Shown: one piece after another, positions 39,548 through 50,524 of the stretch
Position numbering within the stretch: position 1 is the stretch's first letter
Layout of the letters: each line of letters starts with the position of its first letter
Assembly (NCBI RefSeq): GCF_006345805.1
Contig: NC_042997.1
Location: 86,242,001-86,306,000, forward strand
Direction: 5' to 3'
Length of the DNA stretch: 64,000 bases
Source: Octopus sinensis
Taxonomy: Eukaryota
Translations under genes and position numbers: made by a program
The notes under the pieces: model-generated
Told to the model about the DNA's origin: nothing
Databases searched by the model: none
Seen by the model: the letters and a program-made list of their open reading frames with translations, nothing else

Positions 39548-42500
39548 CCTTCTTTCTTGCACTTATCCTTATTCTTTCTCTATTCTTCAATTTCCATCTC
39601 ATTGTATTGTCACTCATTCTTTCAGTATTCCCTCATTACCCCGTCTAGCTCAAACATTTTTTTTTTCCGTTTAGACTTGTCTCCAGGTTCATAGCCACTC
39701 TGATTTTTCAATTTTTCGTTTAGTATTGTCTCCCGATTCATACAAACCCATTTGCTAGCTCACGATTAACAGAACCTCTTTACTCAGCTACGGTGTTATA
39801 TTAGCTATCAATAATGATATTCCCTCTGATTTTTCTGATTTTCAAACCTATTTATCTAATGTTTATTTATCGACAATGCCGTCCCCAGTCAAATTCCCTC
39901 ACACACGCTTATTGTCACGTGTCCCTTGACCTCTCTCTCTAACTAACCGTATCTCTCTCTCGCTATGTCCCCCCTTCCATAACCATCATCGCCATGGTCC
40001 TATGCCCCCCCCCCTCCCCAAAACCATCATCGCCATACATAAAAGAGCCATCGCATTTATCGTTAACCCCACTCGCCTCAAAATATATAAAGAATACGCA
40101 CAGATCATGAATGGCTAAAAGTTAAGTGAATCGTCCAACCTCGCTACGACTACCTTCTTTCTTGCACTTATCCTTATTCTTTCTCTATTCTTCAATTTCC
40201 ATCTCATTGTATTGTCACTCATTCTTTCAGTATCTCTCATTACCCTGTCTAGCTCAAACATTTTTTTTTCGTTTAGACTTGTCTCCAGGTTCATAGCCAC
40301 TCTGATTTTTCAATTTTTCGTTTAGTATTGTCTCCCGATTCATACAAACCCATTTGCTAGCTCACGATTAACAGAACCTCTTTACTCAGCTACGGTGCAC
40401 CCGCCCTCCCACCCCCCACGCATGCCGGAAGTTCCTATTCTCTTCCATTCCGGGGTTGCTTCCCATGAAGACTGCAAATGCTCTCACCATCCATACCCCT
40501 CCCTACCCCTAGTCTCGACCTATGTAAGGTAATGTTCATACAGTGCAAAATATGAAAGGCTAGCGTTATGCAGGTTGTACTGAAGGCTACTTTACTACTT
40601 CATTTCTTGCACATGAATTCTGCCAAATGCGAGCTTTCTTTTCAGGTACACGAAGCTACTGTCCACCGTCCCAGGGTCTCTAGAGCCCATGCCTTCCACA
40701 CCCTCAGGGTTGGCACCCTCAACGTTGGCACTCTGAAAGGTAGGTCTGGTGAGATAGTCGAGATGCTTGAACGGAGATGTGTGGATATATGTTGCATGCA
40801 AGAAATAAGGTGGAGAGGAGGATCAGCTAGGTTCCTCACAGGCAAGGAACGCAGGTACAAGATTTTCTGGGCAGGGAACACTGACGGGGTTGGTGGCGTG
40901 GGTATACTTATCGCTGAGAAATGGGTAGATAAAGTAATTGAGGTAATCAGAGTAAGTGACAGAATACTTAAGATTAGATTAGTGCTTCATCATAGTTTAG
41001 CAACCATTATATCAGCCTATGCTCCTCAGTCGGGGCTACCCGATGGACAGAAAGACCGATTCTATGACACTCTACTGCAGACTACCTCATTGGCGAACGA
41101 CAGAGACCTTATCTTTGTGGCTGGTGACTTCAATGGTCACGTTGGACGACATGCTGGGGGCTTCCATGGCGTACATGGAGGCTATGGCTATGGCTCCCGC
41201 AACGAGGAGGGAACCAGGCTGCTGGAGTTCTGCGATGCAAATAATCTTATGATTTGCAACACTAACTTCAGGAAACCTACCAGCCACCTAGTCACTTACC
41301 AATCGGGCCAACATACCAGCCAAATTGACTACATCCTTACAAGGCAAAGGGAGAGATGGCTGCTTATAAATGCCAAAACCTTCCCAGGTGAAGAATGTAC
41401 CCCACAACATAGACTGGTAGTTAGTGACTTTAGGATCAGGACTAGGAGGACAACCAGAAGACGACAAATATGGAGAAGAAGGATCTGGAAGCTTAAAGAT
41501 CCTGCAAATGGACAGAGATTTAGGGACATATTACTTGAAGCCTCTGACGAAGTAGAAGGGGATAGAGCATCACAGGGGGTAGAAGACAGCTGGACGTTTC
41601 TAAGGGACAACCTGCTGAGAGCCACTGACCAGATCTGTGGCTGGTGCAAAGTCCCCTCTCGACCTAGAATAACGTGGTGGTGGAACAATATTGTAGACAG
41701 GGCTATTAGAGAAAAGAGACAGGCTTGGAAGGTCTGGAAAAATGGGGGTAGCAGGGAATTGTATCAGACTGCCAAAAGAGAAGCTAGGAGACAGGTTTAT
41801 TTAGCCAGAGGGGAAGCAGATAAGAAAAAATTTGCCAATGTTCTGCGCCGTGAGGACCAAAGACTGGAGGTGTTTCGTGTTGCAAGACAGTGTTTGAGAG
41901 AGAATCGTGATGTGGTAGGAGAGAAGTGTGTTCGCATGGAAGATGGTTCACTTGCGCTAAATGAGGATGCGAAGAGAGAGGTTTGGAGATGCCACTATGA
42001 AAGGTTGCTGAATGAAGAAAATGAATGGGATAAAGAGAGTCTGCCGAATGTTGACCCAACAGAGGGACCAGCTATCCGAGTTGATAGTTCTGTGGTAGCT
42101 AAGGCAATTAGAAGCATGAAGACAGGGAAAGCCCCAGGCCATCAGGAATCACTGCAGAGATGCTCAAAATGTCTGGTAGTGTCGGCTATAGCCTAGTCAC
42201 CCATATAGTTAATCAGGTGATACACAAAGGGGTCATACCAATGACTGGTGTAGCAGTATAATAGTCAACTGCTACAAAGGTAAAGGTGATGCCCTAGATA
42301 CAAATAACTACAGAGGTATCAAGCTGTTGGACCAGGTGATGAAGGTTACGGAGAGGGTCATAGCCCAACTAATTAGAGAGAGAGTTAGTTTAGATGAGAT
42401 GCAGTTTGGGTTTGTGCCAGGGAAAAGTACTACTGATGCTATATTCCTGGTAAGGCAGCTGCAGGAGAAATACCTAGCCAAGATAAGCCCCTGTACCTGG

Positions 42501-44337
42501 CTTTTGTTGACATGGAGAAAGCCTTCGACAGGGTCCCCCGATCCCTTATCTGGTGGGCAATGAGAAAACTAGGGATAGATGAATGGTTAGTGAGAGCTGT
42601 GCGGGCCATGTATAGGGACGCCGCTAGTAGGGTGAGGGTTGGAAATGAGTACAGTGAAGAATTCCGGGTAGAGGTAGGGGTCCACCAAGGCTCAGTACTC
42701 AGCCCCCTCCTATTTATCATAGTCCTCCAGGCAATAACGGAGGAATTCAAGACAGGATGCCCTTGGGAGCTCCTCTATGCTGATGACCTTGCTCTAATTG
42801 CTGAGTCGCTATCAGAACTGGAGGAGAAGTTTCAGGTGTGGAAACAAGGATTAGAATCGAAGGGCCTCAGAGTCAATCTAGCTAAAAAAAGTCGTAATCA
42901 GTAGGAAGGTAGACAAATCACAAACACCTTCAGGTAGATGGCCCTGCTCGATCTGTAGAAAAGGTGTAGGTAGAAACTCTATAAGATGCACCAAGTGTAA
43001 GCTATGGACACATAAGAGATGCAGCAATGTCAAAGGAAGGCTAACTAGGAAGATGGTTTTTGTATGTGGCAGATGCTCAGGAACAATAAACACTGAAAAT
43101 GCTCTGAGACCAACTTCGTCACTTTCCAGGGAGAAAAACTAGAAATAGTTGATAGTTTCCGTTACCTAGGTGACCAAGTCAGCAGCGGGGGTGGGTGTGC
43201 TGAAAGTGTAACTGCTAGAGTAAGAATAGCTTGGGCAAAGTTCAGAGAGCTCTTACCTCTGCTGGTGACAAAAGGCCTCTCGCACAGAGTGAAAGGCAGA
43301 CTGTATGATGCGTGTGTACGAACAGCCATGCTACATGGCAGTGAAACATGGGCCGTGACTGCTGAGGATATGCGTAAGCTCGCTAGAAATGAAGCCAGTA
43401 TGCTCCGATGGATGTGTAATGCCGGTACTCACACTCGGCAGAGTGTAAGTACCTTGAGAGAAAAGCTGGACCTAAGAAGCATCAGTTGTGGTGTGCAAGA
43501 GAGACGTTTGCGCTGGTATGGTCATGTGGCGAGAATGGATGAAGATAGTTGTGTGAAAAAGTGCCACACCCTAGCGGTTGAGGGAACCTGTGGAAGAGGC
43601 AGACCCAGGAAAACCTGGGACGAGGTGGTGAAGCACGACCTTCGAACTTTAGGTCTCACTGAGGAAATGACTAGAGACCGAGACCTCTGGAAGTGTGCTG
43701 TGCGCGAGAAGACCGGCAGGACAAGTGAGTCCACAACCCGTGGCCTTCTACATGGGATGGAGCCAGCCTACGTATGCATACCTTCCCTTCTTGGGACACA
43801 AAACTCTACTTGTGAAGACGTGTTGAGGCAAGTGAGGATCAGAATCGAAATCGATCAATGGAAATTGCGGATGTGCTACCAGTGCCGGTGGCATGTCGAA
43901 ACTCTGCTTGTGAAGACCCATTGAGGCAAGTGAGGATCAGAATCGAAATCGATCATGGAAATCGATCAATGGAAATTGCAGATGTGTTACCAGTGCCGGT
44001 GCATGTAAGAGAACTTTCCGTTTCGCGACCGTTGCCAGCACCGCCCCGTTTCGTGTCCGTTGCCAGCCTCGCCTGGCCCTCGTGCCGGTGGCACATAAAA
44101 AGCACCATCCGTTCGTGGCCGTTTGCCAGCTCTGTCTGGCACCAGTGCGGGTGGCACGTAAAAAGCACCCACTACACTCACGGAGTGGTTGGCGTTAGGA
44201 AGGCATCCAGCCGTAGAAACACTGCCAGATTTGACTGGGCCTGATGAAGCCTTCTGGCTTCACAGACCCCAGTAGAACCGTCCAACCCATGCTAGCATGG
44301 AAAACGGACGCTAAATGATGATGATGATGATGATGAT
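39546..44337 (+). mobile_element. RTE-clade LINE, near full length (APE endonuclease, RT with embedded PHD-like finger, (ATG)n tail)
   Basis: APE motifs GTLNVGT, CMQE, AYAP, GDFNGH, IDYIL and HRLV lie at about 40700-41430. RT motifs are NYRGIKLL, QFGF, FVDMEKAFD, GVHQGSVLSP, YADD (42776-42787) and FRYLG, and the C-terminus reads WYGHVARM...GRGRPRKTW. The tail is ctaaatgatgatgatg. The 5' boundary is inferred from the flanking (TA)n. Confidence 0.95.
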
Positions 44338-44343
44338 ATATAT

Positions 44344-44437
44344 ATATAAATTAAATTAGAGATAAAACCACTATTGGTTTATGGTTTTCACTGTTTGATT
44401 TGCCTAATAGTGGTTTTATCTCTAATTTAATTTATAT
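44344..44437. repeat. Short inverted repeat (about 30-bp perfect arms, 30-bp spacer)
   Basis: ataaattaaattagagataaaaccactatt (44346-44375) versus aatagtggttttatctctaatttaatttat (44406-44435). Confidence 0.85.
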
Positions 44438-44637
44438 TTATACTGTGAAATTAGATTTAATCCTAAATCTAATTTTTCCCTGTAAGTTTGGATTTACTCC
44501 CTAATATTATTATTATTATATATATATATATATTGATAAAAATGGTAAGACAACAAAAGAATGAAAGAGACCTTGATATTATGTAAATATAGGAATTTAT
44601 TTGTAAATGTAATATGTGACAATTATTCAGTAGCCAT

Positions 44638-44698
44638 GATAAAACTCCAAGTTTCGGATGCCGAGGTGGAAATCCACACCGCCATCTCTTCAGTTATC
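44638..44698 (-). ncRNA. Minimal type I hammerhead ribozyme-like motif (Penelope-like repeat context)
   Basis: The minus strand reads gataa-CUGAAGA-gatgg...gtggatttccac...gcatcc-GAAA-ct tgg ag-U-U-ttatc. This gives a 5-bp stem I, a conserved core, a long imperfect stem II, a 2-bp stem III and a GUU cleavage triplet. Confidence 0.6.
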
Positions 44699-44889
44699 CA
44701 GCCATCAAGTTTTATCATGGCTACCAAATAATTGTCATATATTATATTTACAGATATATATATATAGTCAATTCAAGGATGTCAGGTCCTCTTTAAGGAT
44801 TAAATAATCCAAAAGTTCCACTGGTTAATCACTATCATATAAGGAGAACATCTCGACAATATGTTAGAGATCATTATAGTACCCTTTCT

Positions 44890-45300
44890 CTTTTACTTAT
44901 TTCAGTCATTTGACTGTGGCCATGCTGGAGTACCACCTTTTTTAGTTGAGCAAATTGACCCCAGTACTTATTCTTTGTAAGCCCAGTACTTATTCTATTG
45001 GTCTCTTTCACTGAACTGCTAAGTTATGGGGACATAAACACACCAGCATCGGTTATCAAGCGATGTTAGGGTGACAAACACAGACACACAAACATATATA
45101 CACACATACATATATTTATATATATATATATATACATATATATGACGGGCTTCTTTCAGTTTCCATCTACCAAATTCACTCACAAGGCTTTGGTCGGCCC
45201 GAGGCTATAGTAGATGACACTTGCCCAAGGTGCCATGCAGTGAGACTGAACCCAGAACCATATGGTTGGGAAGCAAGCTACTTACCACACAGCCACTCCT
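44890..45300 (-). mobile_element. tRNA-derived SINE (family C), full length
   Basis: The reverse complement matches the family C head (gtggctgtgtggtaagtagcttgcttcccaacc), internal microsatellite and tail (gtcaaatgactgaaataagtaaaag). Confidence 0.85.
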
Positions 45301-46689
45301 ATGCCTAGTAGTGCATATTATTAATATTGAAAGAAAATGGAGGATAATGGATATATAAATAAGTAATTTGTATGATATAAAGATGTTGAAATTTTTTATA
45401 AAAACAATACAAATAAATTATAAATTGCAAAGCTCTAAAAGAAATGGCAGATGTCAAAAGCCTACATATATGTTTCGATTCATGCCCCTAATTGATATGT
45501 AATTCTAAGTATTTGCTAAGAATTGGTATCATTTTCAACTGTATATGGCAGAATATTGTCAAAGATTTATGAGCTTATAGAATAAAGGTTAACATATTGA
45601 AAGGATGCAGACAAATTTCAACATCTTTATATCTTACAAATTAATTATTTATACATCTATTATTCTCCATTTTCTTTCTTTATATACATACATACATACA
45701 TGGTGGTGGCTTCCCCCTCGTTACCGAGTATGGCCATTGCACAAAGCTTAATCAATGTTGTTATCGTGCAATGCCTGGGCGAGAAGATTTTTTTTTAAAG
45801 TGAAGAAAGGCTGTGCACTGAGTCAATCCCACTTGCTAAGCAACAGCAGCCATAATCCGAAAAGAAGAACAAGTCAACATCATCGGTAACCACTGAGCCG
45901 CAGGTTTTATGTCGGAGTTACCTGAGTTACCTTCTCCTAGAAGGATGCCCTAACAAAGGCTAGGAGTCCTTCACTCCCAATGGTTTAACCGCGCGATCGG
46001 GTATTCAGTCCGATTATTTCTATGTCCCCGCGTATGATATACCCTTAAGACATTTAATGATGGCCGTTGACTCTCAAGAGTTCCTCCGCCCTTTGATGGG
46101 TTTTGTTTTTCATCCCGCAGGGTGTCCAATAAACACCCTCCTCACCAAGCAAGCTTGGTGGGGTTGCCGGTTTAGTCGCTGACGACCCGACCATGCAACA
46201 GGTTGTACTGGGTTACATGTTACCAGACATACATATTGTTATATATTTGAACTTTTATAACCTACAACAGATTTTAAAATATATTTCTTTTACTGTTTTC
46301 AGTCATTTGGCTTTGGCCCTGCTGGAGTATTGCCTTCATAGGTTTTATTTCATCATATCAAACCCAGTATTTATTTTAATCAAGCAATTATTTTATGGCT
46401 GTGTGGTAAGCTGTTTTCTTCCTAACCACATGGTTCTGGGTTTAGTCCCACTGCATCCTGGAAACGTGTCTTCAAGTCAGCTGAAACTGACTTGAGCCTT
46501 GTGAATAGATATGGTAGATGGAAACTGAAAGAAGCTTAGCATGTGTATGTTCGAGCTAAATTTGACAGTTCGCATCAAAGGAAAAGAAAATACAAAATTC
46601 CATCCAATAGTAAAAGTATTTTGAAAAATCACAATATATCAACTAGATTACAAACTGGGAGATAACAGTTTACTCAAAATAGCCACCCT

Positions 46690-47050
46690 CAGCTTCCACC
46701 ACAGCCTCAAGGCAGCTTTAGAACTTCATAACATACATTCCTCACTGTGTCCTTGGGAAAGTCTTTGAACACTTCCTTGATCTTGGCCACTACCTCACAC
46801 ATAGTGTTACAAGTAAGGTAGTTGGTGTCTTTCTCAACGGTACCCCACACATAGTAATTGAAGGGATTACAATCGGAATTAGGAGACCAGAAAGTGTGGC
46901 TGGTGAAGTTGTAATAATTCTCCAACAATCACTTCTGACTCTTTCTGGAGGTATTGCAAGGAATTGAATCCTGCTGCCACACTTAAGGTCTTCCAACAGC
47001 AACAACCCTCACCACATGGCCTTCTGAATTGAGCCTAAGACCCTTTCCAA
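46690..47050 (-). mobile_element. Tc1/mariner-superfamily transposase C-terminal remnant (maT/DD37D-like)
   Basis: The minus frame WSPNSDCNPFNYYVWGTVEKDTN...CNT...KIKEVF resembles the WPPxSPDLNPLDYxVWG motif. TIRs were not found. Confidence 0.6.
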
Positions 47051-47394
47051 AGATGTGGGGCAGCATGACATCACCCTCACAGGAGACACACCCAGGTAAT
47101 AACAATTTGGAAGAACTTTGTTTCCATTATATCTGTCTCATCCTACAGCCCTTACTGTGTTCACAAAGCACTAAGCAGCAGTTATGATATTGTCACAAAT
47201 CATCATACTACAGGTAACTCATTTCCAATATTCTGATGTCTAACCCTCCATGTCAGTTGATTTCCTCTGAACTACAATTTTTTAAAATCTTTATACTCTC
47301 AAATGCCTTTGGCTGTTCACCAATATATCAAGCTGTTCTTGAAAAAAGATGACCTAAAATATTGCCCCATTTAACTCAAATACCCTAAAATATA

Positions 47395-47950
47395 TGGTTC
47401 CAGGTTCAGTCCCACTATGTGGCACCTTGAGCAAGTATCTACTATAGCCTCAGGCTAACCAAAACCTTGTGAGTGAATTTGGTAGATGGAAGTTGAAAGA
47501 AGCCCATTGTGTATGACTGTGTATATATCTATATATATTCTTTTACTCTTTTACTTTGTTTCAGTCATTTGACTGTGGCCATGCCAGAGCACCGCCCTTA
47601 GTCGAGCAAATCGACCCCAGTACTTATTCTTTGTAAGCCTAGTACTTATTCTATCAGTCTCTTTTGCCAAACCGCTAAGTAACGGGGACATATACACACC
47701 AGCATCGGTTGTCAAGCGATGTTGGGGGGGACAAACACAGACACACAAACGTATACACACAAACACACACACATATATATATATATACATATATACAATG
47801 GGCTTCTTTCAGTTTCCGTCTACCAAATCCACTCACAAGGCTTTGGTCAGTTAAGGCTATAGTAGAAGACACTTACCCAAGATTCCACGCAGTGGGACTG
47901 AACCCGGAATCATGTGGTTAGTAAGCAAGCTACTTACCACACAGCCACTA
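47395..47950. mobile_element. Family C SINE pair: + strand head (about 47395-47520) and - strand full copy (about 47545-47950)
   Basis: ggttccaggttcagtcccactatgtggcaccttg... is followed by the reverse-complement copy ending ...ctacttaccacacagccac. Confidence 0.75.
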
Positions 47951-49359
47951 TATATATATATATTTTCATAACTTAGCAGTTCAATGAAAGACACCAACAG
48001 AATAAGTCCTGGGGTCGATTAGTTTGACTAAAATTCTTCAAAGTGATGCTCCAGCATGGCCACACTGTAATGACTGCAACAAGAAAAAGAAAATATATAA
48101 TTGTGTGTGTGTGTGAGAGAATATTTACATTCTGTGACCTTGCATGAAAACACTGAGCAAAAAAACTGACAGCAGTTAACATTACCTGCTTAGAAATCAT
48201 CCCATAATTTTGCACTATCAAAGATGAGTGGAAAACAAAATATAGCCATTACATGAAAATTAGGTAAGGATCATCAACAAGAAGGGTATCCAGCAGTAAA
48301 GCAATGCTTCTATATGCATTCATCCAACACATGCTAGGATGGAAAAAAAACATATAAAACATATATAATGAAGAATATGTACATAACATAACATATATAT
48401 ATTACTTAAATACCAATACATAAAGAATTTTTAGAGCTCATTGAAGCATTCAATTTTGTCTTTTATTTCCTAACAAGATTGCAGTGTTAAACATCAAAAA
48501 GTAATATCAATAGTCATTATAGGGTTATTCTCCAAAAATCTCACAAAATGCATAGGCATGTTTAAATCAACTTCAGATACCAAAAATGCACATAATACTT
48601 GAACATCAACCATCTCTGATTTCTTCAGATAATTAAATGGCAACAAAAAAATTGAATCTAAAATTATATTTTATAAGAATCAGAATGCTGATTTAATAGC
48701 ATTTAAAATAAATATTTTATTAAATTCTTGGCTAGTTCTGCTTAATATTGAAATATTTATCTTCCTTTATTTTATGTAATTTTATCCAAATCAATCACAT
48801 TAACATAATCATCATGATCACCATTGTTAGCTTAACCTTAGCTTGCTTCTTTTGCTTATCTTGTTCTTGTTGTTGCTGTTGTTGTTTCAACCAAGGTCAG
48901 CTATTATCAAGCAGACCTATGCATGCTCTAAGACATTCTAGTCTTGATCATTCTGTCATTTTGGGATACCAGGGATGACACTGTCCAGTTTGAATATCGG
49001 GATCTACAGTGTTCTTCCGCTTTTAAAACAGTAATGCGTGATTTAAGGGAGATTTGGTTGCTATTTGTAGCAGGTTGAGTGACCACCACATTGTTGGCTT
49101 AGTGCTTATTCATGAATAAAAGCAGAAAGTTTAGTTAGTAAAGAGGCTCAAAATGCAACACATAGATTAAATATCACTCAACCAAGTTTGTACAGCAGAA
49201 CAAAACCAGTATTCTGAACAGATGCTGAATATTGACAAAAAATATCCATAACACTACTCATATGGTAAACCAATAAGAAAGGGTTTATGAAGTCATGTAA
49301 CCTGATAGCTGTATCAGCTGAATCTCCCTCAGAGCAATTAAAAATTGATTTGGTGTAGG

Positions 49360-49880
49360 ATTAACCATGATGAGATGCAGTTCAACTTAGGGAAAGTTAC
49401 CACTGATACACAATTCCTAGTGAGACAACTGCAAGAGAAATAATTGACTGAGAGTAATCTCTTATTCTTAACATTGATCTACTTTAGAAGGCCTTTGACA
49501 GGGTCCCCCACTTTGTGGCCTGAAGGCTCTTGAGGGTTGCTAAGGAAACTAGAGGTTGATGAGTGAATGGCTTGGGGAAAACCATATAAAGAGATGTAAT
49601 TAGTTAAGGTGAGAATCAAGAATGAATTCATTAATGAATTTAACATGCAGGTAGGGATCCATTAGGATTCAGTTCTTAACTTTCTCCTATTCATTATAGC
49701 CCTCCAAGTTATAACAAAAGAATTCAAGACCTGCTGTCTGTAGAAATTTCTGTATGTGGATGACCTAGTTCTTATAATAAATTCTGTAGAAAATTTGGAG
49801 AAGAAATTCCTATCACAGAAGCAGAACCTGGATTTGAAAGGCCTTGAAGTATATTTCACCAAGTTAAAAGTTATAATAGA
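49360..49880 (+). mobile_element. Old RTE RT fragment
   Basis: Degenerate matches to DEMQF, FLVRQLQEK, AFDRVP, GIH.DSVLNFLLFIIALQ and LYVDDLVL. Confidence 0.65.
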
Positions 49881-50524
49881 AAGAATTTGGGTCTTAGAAG
49901 AAACTAAGCTTTTGGGTAAGTTTCTGTCTTTTTTAATCCCTCTCATCTATATTCAGGAACTGCCCTTGAATATTTCTCATTAAGCATGAAGACAGCATTG
50001 TTCTCTGTCAGTTGGAAACAATAAAATATCATTCGATGGGTGTATTGTGTCCTTCCAAACAGATGCATTTTTCAACAGCACTTTTGCTGATCTATCTGGA
50101 GGAAGAGAAGAACTATGGTTTTCTAAAGCTGTTAGCAGAAAGAGCTAAAAGGCTGATAACAAATGACATCTGAACTATGGTAGATTATAAATAACTGCTT
50201 GAGTGGAATATTACCAGGACAAGATGGTCAGTCCTATGAACTTGATTCAAACATGCCAGACATTCACTCATCTTAGTTGATGTGTACCACAATGGGCAGT
50301 AAACCAAGGTTAACTAGAAGAGGGTAAGTGTAACATAGGCAATAATTTTTGGGCCTTAGTTCAGTTAAATACAGATTTGAAGTTTGGGGGTCAAAAGACC
50401 TGCTATGTGAGTGGAATTTATACTTTGTAATGTTGTTGCTGGACTCACATAAACTTGTGCACTTATAGGAAGATCTAACTTGGACAATGTTCGTCTCAAT
50501 ATATTGTTGAGAGGTTTAAAGTAG

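Noticed and set aside
40397-40480. Possible HDV-like ribozyme at the RTE 5' leader (ccggaa/ttccgg and ttgc/gcaa stems)
   Set aside because: The segment that would need to form P2/P3 is almost all pyrimidine and cannot pair, and there is no recognisable J4/2, so the nested double pseudoknot cannot be built.
44236-44272. ctgatga followed by a stem (agcc ttct ggct) resembling a hammerhead core
   Set aside because: No GAAA follows. It is the stem-loop of the RTE 3' tail, and other copies lack CUGAUGA at this position.
46159-46215. ctgacga plus hairpin as a hammerhead candidate
   Set aside because: The stem is followed by ttac rather than GAAA, and there is no stem I/III.
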